In this document: in pieces, positions 37,989-48,273 of the stretch
Layout of the letters: each line of letters starts with the position of its first letter
Numbering within the stretch: the first letter of the stretch is position 1
Assembly (NCBI GenBank): GCA_041648575.1
Contig: JBAZOT010000001.1
Coordinates: forward strand, 31,298 to 95,297
From: Patescibacteria group bacterium
GTDB lineage: Bacteria; Patescibacteriota; Patescibacteriia; Veblenbacterales; UBA10138
Length of the DNA: 64,000 bases
Direction: 5' to 3'
The notes under the pieces: model-generated
The model's input: the letters and a program-made list of their open reading frames with translations, nothing else
What the model was told of the DNA's origin: nothing
The model's database searches: none
Position numbers and translations under genes: made by a program

Positions 37989-38507
37989 TTTAATATTTTA
38001 ATAAGTAAATTTATTCAATCAGCGCCTATACAACAAGACGAAGATGAAAGATTACAAGCATTAATAAATTTAGGCTTATTAGATACCGAGCCCGAGGAGA
38101 GGTTTGATAATATTACCAATGAGGCAATTAAGATTTTTAACGTTCCTATTTCTACTATTTCGCTACTTGATAAGGATCGTGAATGGTTTAAATCGTCAAT
38201 CGGATTAGATAATAGAGAAGGTCCGAGAAATACATCTTTTTGCGGACATGCTATTTATGCCAAAATTATTTTTATAGTTGAGGATACATTAACTGATTTG
38301 CGTTTTAAAGATAATCCTACGGTAATAAATCCACCGAAGATTCGTTTTTATGCTGGCGTGGCGTTATATGACAAGACCGGTAATTATCCAATAGGAGTTT
38401 TATGTATAAAAGATATTAAGCCAAGAAAATTTACTCCGGCTGATATTGATAAGTTGGTGGAGTTGGCTAAGAAAGCAGAACAGGAATTGAATAGGACTTA
38501 TAACTAA
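37989..38507 (+). CDS. Stand-alone GAF-domain protein; no canonical start codon in frame (possible frameshift or non-canonical start)
   Basis: Open frame 37989-38507 encodes a full GAF consensus (…ERLQALINLGLLDTEPEERFDNITNEAIKIFNVPISTISLLDKDREWFKSSIGLD…SFCGHAI…IRFYAGVAL…IGVLCIKD). There is no ATG/GTG/TTG in frame before the internal TTG at 38298 reported by the ORF track. The nearest ATGs (37969/37978) are in frame +1 and hit a stop after 10 codons. Confidence 0.5.
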   Translation, partial: FNILISKFIQSAPIQQDEDERLQALINLGLLDTEPEERFDNITNEAIKIFNVPISTISLLDKDREWFKSSIGLDNREGPRNTSFCGHAIYAKIIFIVEDTLTDLRFKDNPTVINPPKIRFYAGVALYDKTGNYPIGVLCIKDIKPRKFTPADIDKLVELAKKAEQELNRTYN

Positions 38508-38758
38508 AAATAAATAATTATAATTAATTATCAATTTATGAATGAAAGTGCAGAAATGAAAACATTAGAGCCATTGACTCCTGAATAGGAGATTGAGGCC
38601 ATTCGGCAGGAGATTTATATGATGGGAGCAAACGATTCAGAGTTTTCTGCCATTGATGATATTTTAGAACGATTGAAGAATAAAGTAATCGATACAGAGC
38701 AAGCAATTACCGAAGCAACAAAAATAAAAAACAATAAACAAGATTATCATTAAAAAAG

Positions 38759-39397
38759 TTATTTTAATTTATTTAAAATAAATCCGCCATTTGGTAAATA
38801 GCGGATTTTTTTAAGACGCGGATCAGGTTTTGGTTTTTCCTGATCAAATATTGTTTTAACCTCAAGATTTTTTAAAAATCTTAAAGTTAATAATTCTTGG
38901 GAAGATTTTTTCCAGATTTGTCCAAAGTCACCAATTGTGCCCTTGTTGGTTAGGGTATTAGAAACTTCAAAATGAATAGTAGTTTCTCTGTCGTCAACTT
39001 TTAATGTCCAGGGGCTCTTTTTAAGGGTGGCAAAGTATTTAGCATCAATGATGTCTAATGGAAAATTAAAAACAAAATTTATTTTTCCTTCTACTACATC
39101 CAAAGTCCAGTAGATTGGATTTTTTAATGAATCAGAATTTAAGTAGGTTCCTGTCCCCCAGCAAATAATTCCAGTAGACCTTTCTGCTTGGTAATTTTTC
39201 TGCTCATGAAAAATTGTTTTTAGTACGTGGATATCGATTACTTGATGTTCAATGAAATCGGGTAATTCTATTAATTCTGATTGCGCCCAGGTAATTTGCC
39301 CTAGCAACAAAATCATTAAGATTATTAAAATAACGATTTTCATCTTGTGTCTCCTTTTTATTGTAATTGTGTTTGTTTGAATGCACTTTATAATCAA
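38759..39397 (-). CDS. Secreted hypothetical protein (signal peptide; true start probably MKIVIL at ~39343)
   Basis: Sec signal MKIVILIILMILLLGQITWAQSE; no other recognised domain. Confidence 0.4.
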   Translation of the reverse strand: MIIKCIQTNTITIKRRHKMKIVILIILMILLLGQITWAQSELIELPDFIEHQVIDIHVLKTIFHEQKNYQAERSTGIICWGTGTYLNSDSLKNPIYWTLDVVEGKINFVFNFPLDIIDAKYFATLKKSPWTLKVDDRETTIHFEVSNTLTNKGTIGDFGQIWKKSSQELLTLRFLKNLEVKTIFDQEKPKPDPRLKKIRYLPNGGFILNKLK

Positions 39398-39469
39398 ATT
39401 TATAATTTGTCAATCAATAAGGTAACGCTTGCTAGATGATTGAGGAAATGTTAAGATTTAAGCAAATTT

Positions 39470-40045
39470 ATGATAGATGAATCGATTTTTACTGATAATA
39501 ATCAACAACGTCATCACAAACCAGCTAAGCCACCAATTTCAGAACGGCTTACGGTAACGGCAATTACTTTGTCTATAATTTTAGTACTGGCTTTGGTAGT
39601 GTTACAAATTAAGGCGTTGTATGATGTTAATCGGTATTTTAATCCGCATTACCAAGTTTGTACCCAACAATTAACTGAGCCAGGATACGGTGACTGTTCT
39701 GGCGAAGCTTATGCTTGGGAGCGCATATTATTGTGGAGTTATTTAAGCGGTGGATTATTTTTAATTTATTTAATTTTGGCGCTAGTTTTTAGAAAAAGAA
39801 AGAATTACACTTGGCAAATGGCGTTATTTAGGGTTTTTACTGTGCTCACTTTTTTTGCTACTGTGGTAATGATTGCCTATTTAAATCAATATTTATTTGA
39901 ATATCATCAAGATATTGCTTGGTATGTGGCTTTAGGTCTAGTGGTAATTTTATCAATTGCACTGGTTATTTATATCGAGCGTCGTCGCCTACAAAAAAAA
40001 TTAGCAGGCAAACCAGCTAATAGTTATGTCAAAAATATCATCTAA
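39470..40045 (+). CDS. Hypothetical integral membrane protein (4 TM)
   Basis: Hydrophobicity only. Confidence 0.35.
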   Translation: MIDESIFTDNNQQRHHKPAKPPISERLTVTAITLSIILVLALVVLQIKALYDVNRYFNPHYQVCTQQLTEPGYGDCSGEAYAWERILLWSYLSGGLFLIYLILALVFRKRKNYTWQMALFRVFTVLTFFATVVMIAYLNQYLFEYHQDIAWYVALGLVVILSIALVIYIERRRLQKKLAGKPANSYVKNII

Positions 40046-40718
40046 AAAGAAAATTGCAGTGTTGGATATTGATGGAACTATTTTTCGTTCTTCCTTGCAG
40101 CGCGAGTTATTAATGTCGTTGGTTTATTTTGGCGTTTTTCCACCAATAGTAAAAAAGGAATTGGAAAAAAATTATTATGCGTGGGTAAACCGCGCTGGTT
40201 CTTATGAAGATTATATCAATAAAGTTGTTCAGTCATATCAGCAGCGAATTAATGGTGTATTGGTTAGCGATGTCAGAAGAGTAGCCAATATTGTGATTGA
40301 ACAGCAAAAATACCGAGTTTACACTTATACGCGCGAATTGATTAAAGAATTACGCAAAGATTATCGTCTGGTGGCCATATCCGGTTCACCAATTGAAATA
40401 GTCAAAGAGTTTAACAGGATTTGGAAATTTGATGCTGTTTATGGTTTGGTGTTTGAAGTTGAAGATGATCGTTATACAGGCGTGATAAAATTTTTGCCAA
40501 TTAGAGACAAGAAATCAGTAATTGAACAATATGTTGCGGAAGAGCAGTTGTCATTAAAAAATTCTATTGGTATAGGTGATACTGAATCGGATTCCAGTTT
40601 TTTAGAGGTGGTGGATAAACCAATTTGCTTTAATCCCAATCACGCTTTGTATGAAATTGCCAAGAAGAACAAGTGGGAAATCGTAATTGAACGCAAGGAT
40701 GTAATTTATCATTTGTAA
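40026..40718 (+). CDS. HAD-superfamily hydrolase (phosphoserine-phosphatase-like subfamily IB)
   Basis: Motif I DIDGTI, motif II S/T (AISGSP), motif IV GDTESD. Confidence 0.65.
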   Translation: MSKISSKKKIAVLDIDGTIFRSSLQRELLMSLVYFGVFPPIVKKELEKNYYAWVNRAGSYEDYINKVVQSYQQRINGVLVSDVRRVANIVIEQQKYRVYTYTRELIKELRKDYRLVAISGSPIEIVKEFNRIWKFDAVYGLVFEVEDDRYTGVIKFLPIRDKKSVIEQYVAEEQLSLKNSIGIGDTESDSSFLEVVDKPICFNPNHALYEIAKKNKWEIVIERKDVIYHL

Positions 40719-40756
40719 TTAACGTCGCATTAATAGAATTATTTGATTGATAAGTT

Positions 40757-41353
40757 ATGGAAACAGAGATTGAGGCAAAATTTTTGGATGTTGATCCCAA
40801 TCAGTTACGTCAGCTGTTAAAAAAATTAGGAGCTAAGTTAATTCATAAGGAAAGATTAATGAGGCGTCAAACCTTTGATTTGCTGGATTTGTTATTAAAA
40901 AATAAAGGCGGTTGGGTAAGAGTTCGTGACGAGGGTGATAAAATTACCCTGTCATATAAACAAGAAAAAGATCGTACTTTATATGGTATAAGAGAACTTA
41001 CGGTTGAGGTTTCGGATTTTGATTTAACTTGCGAGTTGCTAGAAACAATTGGTTTGGTAAAAAAAGGATATCAAGAAACTAAAAGGGAAACATGGATTTT
41101 AGATGAATGCGAAGTTACTATTGATACTTGGCCATGGATTCCTACGACAGTGGAAGTAGAGGGGAGTACTGAAAAATTAGTTAGACAGGTGTCTGGAAAA
41201 TTAGCTTTGGATTGGTCACATGTTTTACACGGTAGCGTGTCAATTGCCTATCAAAAATATTTTAAAGTGACTGATGATGAAATTAATGAATATCCAACTA
41301 TTACTTTTGGACCAGTGCCTGACTGGTTAGAGAAAAAAAGAATTAAAAAATAG
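40757..41353 (+). CDS. CYTH-domain protein (class IV adenylate cyclase / triphosphatase family)
   Basis: N-terminal EIEAKF (ExExK) hallmark and central acidic strands (VRVRDEGD, ELTVEV) typical of CYTH/CyaB. Confidence 0.65.
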   Translation: METEIEAKFLDVDPNQLRQLLKKLGAKLIHKERLMRRQTFDLLDLLLKNKGGWVRVRDEGDKITLSYKQEKDRTLYGIRELTVEVSDFDLTCELLETIGLVKKGYQETKRETWILDECEVTIDTWPWIPTTVEVEGSTEKLVRQVSGKLALDWSHVLHGSVSIAYQKYFKVTDDEINEYPTITFGPVPDWLEKKRIKK

Positions 41354-41358
41354 TTGTT

Positions 41359-41859
41359 ATGGATATTTTTTCTCACGGTTTGTGGACCAGTGTAATTTAT
41401 AGTCGTATTCAGTGGTGTATTAGACTGTGGGCAATATTATTTGGCGTGTTGCCAGATTTATCATCTTTTGGTATTTTGTTTATTCAATCTTTGTTTGGCG
41501 GCAGGTTATTTGGTCCACCGCAGATTCATTTGGTTCCTGATTATATTTACGTATTATATAACATTAGTCATAGTTTGATTATTTGGCTGGGAATTTTTTT
41601 GGTTATCTGGTTAATTTATAAAAAACCTTGGTGGCCGCTGGCTGCTGCCGTGATTCATATTGTAATTGATATACCTTCGCATGCAGCTGACTTTTTCCCC
41701 ACACCTTTCCTCTGGCCGCTGTCTTCATACACTTTTGATGGTTATTCTTGGGCCCATCCCAATTTCATGATCGTGAACTATGGTTTACTGATAATAACTT
41801 ATATTGTCTGGTATTTACTGATACGTAAGCATTCAAAAATAAAAAAATTAATGGTTTGA
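41359..41859 (+). CDS. Membrane-bound metal-dependent hydrolase-like protein (YdjM/DUF457-like)
   Basis: 4 TM with conserved His positions (MDIFSHG…, HIVIDIPSH); weak assignment. Confidence 0.35.
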   Translation: MDIFSHGLWTSVIYSRIQWCIRLWAILFGVLPDLSSFGILFIQSLFGGRLFGPPQIHLVPDYIYVLYNISHSLIIWLGIFLVIWLIYKKPWWPLAAAVIHIVIDIPSHAADFFPTPFLWPLSSYTFDGYSWAHPNFMIVNYGLLIITYIVWYLLIRKHSKIKKLMV

Positions 41860-41917
41860 CGAGAGATAAAAATAATACTATAATGATTAATCTCTATGTA
41901 ATAGAGTAATATTAGTT

Positions 41918-43678
41918 ATGAAAATAATTACTAAACAAACTTATAAAGTTTTTTGGCAGCACGCGGTTCGTTACCGCCTGCTTTTTTGGATTATTGTATT
42001 GGCTATTGCTTTGGCAGCTATTATGCCGATTATTGTTCCGTTTTATTATAAAAAATTTATTGATGTGGTGGTGGCAGGATCGTCGGTAAATAACATTGTC
42101 GAACAGTTAAGAAATATCATTTGGTTTATTTTGTTGCTTAATGGAATAGAGTGGTTATTATATCGGGTGGCCTCTTATGCAAATAATTATTTTCAACCCA
42201 AAGTTATTTCTGATTTATATAACACCAGTTTTGACTATTTACATCATCACTCTTTTGGTTTTTTTATAAATCGTTTTGTTGGTGCCCTAGTGAGAAAGGT
42301 TGGTCGCTTTGTGCGAGGTTTTGAAGATATCAGCGATTCTCTATATTGGAATTTATTGCCAACAGCCGTTAGGGTATTATCTGTTTTAATAGTTATGTTT
42401 TGGTTATATCCGCTGTTGGGTTTTATTTTATTGGGTTGGACTATACTGTATTTAACAATTAATTATATTTTGACTTTGCGGAAATTGAAATTGGATGAGG
42501 CCGCTGCAGCTATGGATAGTCGGGTAACTGGTTATTTAGCTGATACTATAACTAATAATGCTAATGTTAAAGTATTTGTTGGTTTAGAACACGAACGAGC
42601 TGGTTTCGGTGGATTAACCCAGGAGCAATTTTTATTAACCAAAAAAAGTTGGAATTTTGATTCTAATATCGAAAGTGTTCAAGGCGCTTTTATGGTTATA
42701 TTAGAGTTTGCCGTTTTTTATGCGGCAATTTCTCTGTGGCAGAAAGGTCTGTTAACGGTTGGAGGATTTGTTTTGATTCAAAGCTATATTATTCAGGTAT
42801 TTATGCGTTTGTGGGATTTTGGCAGAGTTATTCGCCGTATTTATAGGAATTTAGCAGATGCTGAAGAAATGGTGGAGATATTATATACTCCGCACCAAGT
42901 TAAAGATGCCCCCGGGGCTGAAAAACTTATCGTGACTAAAGGCGATGTTGAATTTAAAAATGTTTGTTTTAATTACTCCCAAGAATTAGATGTAATTAAT
43001 GATTTTAATCTGCAAGTTACTCGAGGTGAAAAAGTTGGTTTGGTTGGCCCATCAGGCGCTGGCAAATCCACTTTAGTGTCCTTAATATTTAGATTTTTTG
43101 ATGTAACTAGTGGCGGAATTTTTATTGATGGCCAAAATATTTCGCAGGTGACCCAAGAATCTTTACGCAACCAAGTTAGTTTAGTACCGCAGGATCCGGT
43201 GTTGTTTCACAGAACTCTGTTGGAAAATATTAGATACGGACGCAGAGATGCTAGCGACGAAGAGGTAGTGGTCGCAGCCAAGTTGGCGCACTGTGATGAA
43301 TTTATTAATCGTTTGCCCCAAAGTTACCAAACCTTTGTTGGGGAGCGCGGTATTAAATTGTCTGGCGGAGAACGTCAGCGTGTGGCAATCGCCAGAGCTA
43401 TTTTAAAAAATGCCCCAATTTTAGTGTTGGACGAAGCCACTTCCAGTTTAGATTCTCACGCCGAGTCTATTATTCAGGATGCTTTAACCAATTTAATGAA
43501 AGGAAGAACTACTATTGTTATTGCTCACCGGCTCTCTACTATCATGAAAATGAATAGGATCATTGTTTTATGCCAAGGTAAGATTCAGGAAGTGGGTAGC
43601 CATCAGGAATTGTTGAAAAAATCAGGCGGTTTATATCAATCCCTGTGGCGGTTGCAAGCCGGCGGTTTTATTACTTAA
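41918..43678 (+). CDS. ABC transporter, fused permease/ATPase exporter (MsbA/ABCB type)
   Basis: 6-TM domain plus NBD with Walker A GPSGAGKST, signature LSGGERQR, Walker B ILVLDEATS. Confidence 0.85.
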   Translation: MKIITKQTYKVFWQHAVRYRLLFWIIVLAIALAAIMPIIVPFYYKKFIDVVVAGSSVNNIVEQLRNIIWFILLLNGIEWLLYRVASYANNYFQPKVISDLYNTSFDYLHHHSFGFFINRFVGALVRKVGRFVRGFEDISDSLYWNLLPTAVRVLSVLIVMFWLYPLLGFILLGWTILYLTINYILTLRKLKLDEAAAAMDSRVTGYLADTITNNANVKVFVGLEHERAGFGGLTQEQFLLTKKSWNFDSNIESVQGAFMVILEFAVFYAAISLWQKGLLTVGGFVLIQSYIIQVFMRLWDFGRVIRRIYRNLADAEEMVEILYTPHQVKDAPGAEKLIVTKGDVEFKNVCFNYSQELDVINDFNLQVTRGEKVGLVGPSGAGKSTLVSLIFRFFDVTSGGIFIDGQNISQVTQESLRNQVSLVPQDPVLFHRTLLENIRYGRRDASDEEVVVAAKLAHCDEFINRLPQSYQTFVGERGIKLSGGERQRVAIARAILKNAPILVLDEATSSLDSHAESIIQDALTNLMKGRTTIVIAHRLSTIMKMNRIIVLCQGKIQEVGSHQELLKKSGGLYQSLWRLQAGGFIT

Positions 43679-43783
43679 TAGCATTAATAATGTACAGTTA
43701 ATCAAATTTCCTTGTCAACGATTTACTAATATGTTACTATATTCCTGTTACCTCGGGTTTTCCCTTGGTATTTTTTCTCAAAA

Positions 43784-45574
43784 ATGCCTAATAATAACAA
43801 AACTCATCAACCAGACAACGAACAGGAATCAAACTCACCTTTAGCTTTTTTAAAGTGGATATCTTGGCCACTAGTTAAGTTGGGTAAGTTAATGTTTGGC
43901 AACATGAACCAACGCAAGCAGATGTGGTATTTGCTGGTGGGTATTTTGGCCATGTCTTTATTTACAGGTTTAATTGATTGGCCCAAAGTACCGAATTGGG
44001 TTCCGGGAACCAGTTTTTGGAATAAATTTAATGTGCAATTAGGGTTAGATTTACAGGGCGGTAGTCATCTAGTATATCAAGCAGATCTAAGTGGTATTCC
44101 CCCAGGAGAGGAGTCGTCAGCGGTAGAGGGGGTAAGGGATGTTATTGAAAGAAGGGTTAATTTTTTTGGTGTATCTGAACCAGTGGTGCAAACTAATAAG
44201 GCAGGAGATAATTGGCGAGTCATTATAGAATTACCTGGTATTAAAGATGTCAACGAAGCTATTAAGCTGATTGGTGAAACTCCAATATTGGAATTTAAAG
44301 AACAAGCCCCGGTACCAGTTCAACCAATCGATACAGAAACAGATGCGCGTGAACGTGCGGATAGCGTTTTAACAGACGCCTTAAAGCCCAAAACTGACTT
44401 TGCGGCATTGGCTAAAGAATTTTCAGAAGATGAAGGGTCACGTGAACAGGGTGGTGATTTGGGGTGGTTTAAGGCGGGTGTAATGGTACCCGAATTTGAG
44501 CAAGCTGTAATGGAATTAAAAGTAGATCAGATCAGTAAAACCTTGGTGCAAACGCAGTTTGGTTTTCATATTATCAAAAAGACTGGTGAGCGCCAGATTG
44601 CAGAAGGAGAACAAGAAGTTACAGAATACCAAGCTAGTCATATTTTGATTAAAACACCTAATGTTCAAGTTGGTGAAAACTGGCAAGCAACTGGCCTGTC
44701 TGGTAAGCAACTTAAACGCGCTCAAGTACAATTTGACAGTAGCGCTGGTTTACCAGAAGTACAGTTAGTTTTTAATGATGAAGGTAAGGATTTATTTGGC
44801 GAAATTACTGCTCGTAATGTAGGTCAACCAGTAGCTATTTTTTTAGATGGCGTACCTATTAGCGTTCCTACAGTACAGCAAGCAATAACTGGTGGAGAAG
44901 CAGTAATCACAGGAAATTTTTCCTTGACCGAAGCCAAGCAGTTGGTACAGCGCTTAAACGCTGGTGCCTTACCAGTTCCGATTCATTTAATTAATCAGCA
45001 GGTGATAGACGCAACTTTGGGTAAAGAATCTGTGGAAAAAAGTTTGTTAGCCGGCATCATTGGTTTATTGGCTGTGGCTTTGTTTATGATTATTTATTAT
45101 CGTTTGCCAGGATTTTTATCAGTATTAGCATTGTCTATTTATACTTTGATTACCTTTGCCATATTTAAATTATGGCCTATAACTTTAACCTTGCCTGGTA
45201 TCGCTGGTTATATTTTGTCTATTGGCATGGCGGTTGATGCTAATGTTTTAATTTTTGAAAGATTGAAAGAAGAGTTGCGGGCTGGCAAACCATTGCCGCA
45301 TGCGATAGAAGAGGGCTTTAAGCGCGCTTGGACTTCTATTCGCGATTCCAATATATCAAGTTTAATTACTTCTATTATTTTGATTTGGTTTGGCTCGTCC
45401 TTAATTAAGGGTTTTGCTATTACTTTGTCAATTGGTATTTTAATAAGTATGTTTTCAGCCATTACTATTACGAGGACTTTTTTGCGTTTGTTGGCCACTG
45501 GTAAATTTAATCAATTAACTTTTTTATTTGGCGTGTCTAAAAAGAAGCTGGCTGTACAGCAAAAAGTATTATGA
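43784..45574 (+). CDS. secD: Protein translocase subunit SecD with an embedded parvulin-type PPIase domain in the periplasmic region
   Basis: SecD blocks ([57 protein letters not shown]). A segment inserted between them carries GGDLGWF … FGFHIIK followed by ASHILIK (parvulin/PpiC signatures). Confidence 0.8.
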   Translation: MPNNNKTHQPDNEQESNSPLAFLKWISWPLVKLGKLMFGNMNQRKQMWYLLVGILAMSLFTGLIDWPKVPNWVPGTSFWNKFNVQLGLDLQGGSHLVYQADLSGIPPGEESSAVEGVRDVIERRVNFFGVSEPVVQTNKAGDNWRVIIELPGIKDVNEAIKLIGETPILEFKEQAPVPVQPIDTETDARERADSVLTDALKPKTDFAALAKEFSEDEGSREQGGDLGWFKAGVMVPEFEQAVMELKVDQISKTLVQTQFGFHIIKKTGERQIAEGEQEVTEYQASHILIKTPNVQVGENWQATGLSGKQLKRAQVQFDSSAGLPEVQLVFNDEGKDLFGEITARNVGQPVAIFLDGVPISVPTVQQAITGGEAVITGNFSLTEAKQLVQRLNAGALPVPIHLINQQVIDATLGKESVEKSLLAGIIGLLAVALFMIIYYRLPGFLSVLALSIYTLITFAIFKLWPITLTLPGIAGYILSIGMAVDANVLIFERLKEELRAGKPLPHAIEEGFKRAWTSIRDSNISSLITSIILIWFGSSLIKGFAITLSIGILISMFSAITITRTFLRLLATGKFNQLTFLFGVSKKKLAVQQKVL

Positions 45575-46464
45575 TAAGTTTTATTAAACATCGTTATATT
45601 TCCTATAATTTTTCGCTTACTTTGATAATTATTAGTATTGTGAGCTTATCGTTATGGGGATTAAAATTAGGAATTGATTTTACCGGCGGGTCGCTCTTGC
45701 AGGTTGAGTTTCCGTCTGGCCGTCCATCCAATCAAGAACTGCAAGAGGTTTTATCTCCTTTGAATTTTGGTAATTTATTAATACAGCCATCGGGAGATAG
45801 TGATGTCATGGTACGTTTACGTGATCTTAACGAAGACGAGCATCAGCAATTATTAGCTTCCTTAAAAGCAAAGTATAGCGATATTAGCGAAAAGAGATTT
45901 GAATCTGTCGGGCCGACTTTGGGCGCTGAACTGTGGAGAAAGGCGTTGTGGGCGATTGGCGTGGCGTTATTTTTTATTATTATTTATATTGCCTGGGCTT
46001 TCCGTAAAGTAACTCGTCCCGTGGCGTCGTGGAAATATGGTTTAACAGCAGTTATAGCGCTAGCGCACAATACTGTTATTACTGTTGGTATTTTTAGTGT
46101 ACTAGGACATTTTTGGGGAGTAGAGGTAGATAGTTTATTTGTGTCAGCGCTTTTAACACTGCTTGGTTTTTCAGTTCACGATACCATTGTAGTATATGAT
46201 CGCACGCGCGAGAATATTTTTAGGCACAGTGTTGAGAGTTTTGCCGATACTGTTAATAAAAGTCTTAATGATACTTTGGTTCGCTCTATTAATACGGGTC
46301 TAGCTACGTTGCTGGTGCTGGCGGCACTTTATTTTTTTGGCGGCGAGAGTATTCATTTTTTTGCCTTGGCACTGATTATTGGTATTGCTATTGGGACCTA
46401 TTCTTCAATTTTTGTAGCATCACCGCTGTTAGTTGATTGGTTTAAATTATCACAGCGTAAATAA
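45571..46464 (+). CDS. secF: Protein translocase subunit SecF
   Basis: [14 protein letters not shown]-terminal motif and 6 TM; overlaps the secD stop. Confidence 0.85.
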   Translation: MISFIKHRYISYNFSLTLIIISIVSLSLWGLKLGIDFTGGSLLQVEFPSGRPSNQELQEVLSPLNFGNLLIQPSGDSDVMVRLRDLNEDEHQQLLASLKAKYSDISEKRFESVGPTLGAELWRKALWAIGVALFFIIIYIAWAFRKVTRPVASWKYGLTAVIALAHNTVITVGIFSVLGHFWGVEVDSLFVSALLTLLGFSVHDTIVVYDRTRENIFRHSVESFADTVNKSLNDTLVRSINTGLATLLVLAALYFFGGESIHFFALALIIGIAIGTYSSIFVASPLLVDWFKLSQRK

Positions 46465-46488
46465 TAAATTAACTTACCACCACCCGAT

Positions 46489-47181
46489 ATGGGCGAAGTA
46501 AGAAAAAAATATTTATTAATCCCGTCCATATTAGTATTCGGGCTGTTTTATTGTTTGGTAGTGCAAGCAGCGGCGACAATATTTTTAATACCTGATCAAG
46601 GCGAGTATGTGTTAAAAAGTAATTTTTCAGTTAAGGTATTGCTTAAAGCCGAAGAACCACAATCAACCCAGGTTAGTGCTAGTTTGGTTTTTGAACCAAC
46701 CAATTTACAGGTAGTTAGTTTAAATTTAAATAATTCTAAAATTAAAAAATGGCTAGTGGAACCGTCGTATTCTAATGCTAAGGGAATAATATCGTTTATA
46801 GGCATTTTAAATAATGAGAACCAAAACACGATTCAATATAATTTATTAGAGGTAACATTCAAACCTATAAAATTAGGAAAGACTTCTGTGCAAATAAATT
46901 TTGGTAAAGTGATAGATGAACAAGACTACAATACTGTGGGATCACTTGGGTCAGCAGAATTTAATATAATCGAGTCGCAGGCTAGCACTGATTCTGATAA
47001 TCAAGCGTTGAATAATAATGAAATTAAACAAGTGAATAAATCTGATATAATAGAATTTAATCAATCGTCTAGTAAGAGATTTGATTATAACGCTTTTTTG
47101 CCACTTTATGTAGCATTATTTATATTACTTTTGATAATAGTATTAGTGATTATATTTCTACAAAACAGGCCAATTAATTAA
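46489..47181 (+). CDS. Hypothetical cell-surface protein (signal peptide, beta-rich ectodomain, C-terminal TM anchor)
   Basis: Topology only. Confidence 0.35.
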   Translation: MGEVRKKYLLIPSILVFGLFYCLVVQAAATIFLIPDQGEYVLKSNFSVKVLLKAEEPQSTQVSASLVFEPTNLQVVSLNLNNSKIKKWLVEPSYSNAKGIISFIGILNNENQNTIQYNLLEVTFKPIKLGKTSVQINFGKVIDEQDYNTVGSLGSAEFNIIESQASTDSDNQALNNNEIKQVNKSDIIEFNQSSSKRFDYNAFLPLYVALFILLLIIVLVIIFLQNRPIN

Positions 47182-47240
47182 AATTTGACTGTTATATTGT
47201 TACTTGATATACTCCTACCATATAAGTATGAGTAATTTTT

Positions 47241-47648
47241 ATGTTTGGATTATCAACAAAAGGCGAATATGGCTTAAGTTTACTAGAAAGTTTGGCTTAT
47301 GAGCCAACTACAGTTGTTTCTCTTAAAAAAATTGCCAAAGCCAAGAAGTTACCTATAAAATATTTGGAACGTTTGGCCTCATCGCTTAAACGTGCTGGCT
47401 TAATTAAAAGTAAGGAGGGCGCTAAGGGTGGTTATTATTTAGCCAAACCAATAGCCCAAATAAAATTAATTGATGTGATCAAAATTTTAGAGGGAGATTT
47501 AGCACCAACTATTTGTACAGGCGATCATCTAAAATGCCCTAGGCAGGATACTTGCACTATGAAACAAGGTTGGCTAGGGGTACGTAATAAAATTTATTTT
47601 ATTTTATCAAGCTATACTTTAGCAGATTTATTTAAGAATAATAATTAA
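47241..47648 (+). CDS. Rrf2-family transcriptional regulator (IscR/SufR-like, Cys cluster ligands)
   Basis: N-terminal Rrf2 wHTH (KGEYGLSLLESLA…) and CxxxxxC…C (CTGDHLKCPRQDTC); heads the suf operon. Confidence 0.7.
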   Translation: MFGLSTKGEYGLSLLESLAYEPTTVVSLKKIAKAKKLPIKYLERLASSLKRAGLIKSKEGAKGGYYLAKPIAQIKLIDVIKILEGDLAPTICTGDHLKCPRQDTCTMKQGWLGVRNKIYFILSSYTLADLFKNNN

Positions 47649-47659
47649 CAAATAAAAAT

Positions 47660-48271
47660 ATGTTTACTTTACTTAAATTACCATATGCTTATGATGCTCT
47701 AGAACCCTATTTTGATAAACAGACAATGGAATTGCACCATTCTAAACACCACGCTACCTATGTGACTAAACTTAACGAGGCTTTAGCTAATGCACCAGAG
47801 CTCTATACTAAATCTATAGAAGAATTGCTGGTTAATTTAAATGTTGTACCAGAGAATATACGAACCGTGGTTACTAATCACGGCGGTGGACATTATAATC
47901 ACTTATTTTTTTGGAGTATTATCCAGCCGCCAATAGGCAATGGTGGAGAACCGGAAGGCGAATTAGCCAGTGCTGTGGATCGTGATTTTGGTGACGTTAC
48001 AAAATTTCGTGATGATTTTACCAAAGCTGCAGTGAGTATTTTTGGCAGCGGTTGGGCATGGTTGGTAGCTAATCGGGATAATAAACTTTCTATTATTACT
48101 ACTGCTAATCAGGACAGTCCCATTACCCAGGGTTTAAAACCTCTATTAACAATAGATGTTTGGGAACACGCTTATTATTTAAAATATCAAAACAAGCGAG
48201 CTGATTATATTGATGCCTGGTGGAAAATAGTTAATTGGCAGGAAGTTAGTCGGAAGTTTGCTAAAAAATAA
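47660..48271 (+). CDS. sodA: Fe/Mn superoxide dismutase
   Basis: LPYAYDALEPY…HHSKHH and DVWEHAYY metal-ligand motifs. Confidence 0.9.
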   Translation: MFTLLKLPYAYDALEPYFDKQTMELHHSKHHATYVTKLNEALANAPELYTKSIEELLVNLNVVPENIRTVVTNHGGGHYNHLFFWSIIQPPIGNGGEPEGELASAVDRDFGDVTKFRDDFTKAAVSIFGSGWAWLVANRDNKLSIITTANQDSPITQGLKPLLTIDVWEHAYYLKYQNKRADYIDAWWKIVNWQEVSRKFAKK

Positions 48272-48273
48272 AT

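Noticed and set aside
38538-38754. Small ORF (MNESAEMKTLEPLTPE-TAG-EIEAIRQEIYMMGAND…) that continues in frame across a single TAG stop, hinting at stop-codon reassignment
   Set aside because: All ~80 other genes in the window terminate normally at TAA/TAG/TGA and none requires read-through. A single in-frame TAG in a short, unconserved intergenic ORF is best explained by chance or a decayed gene, not an alternative genetic code.
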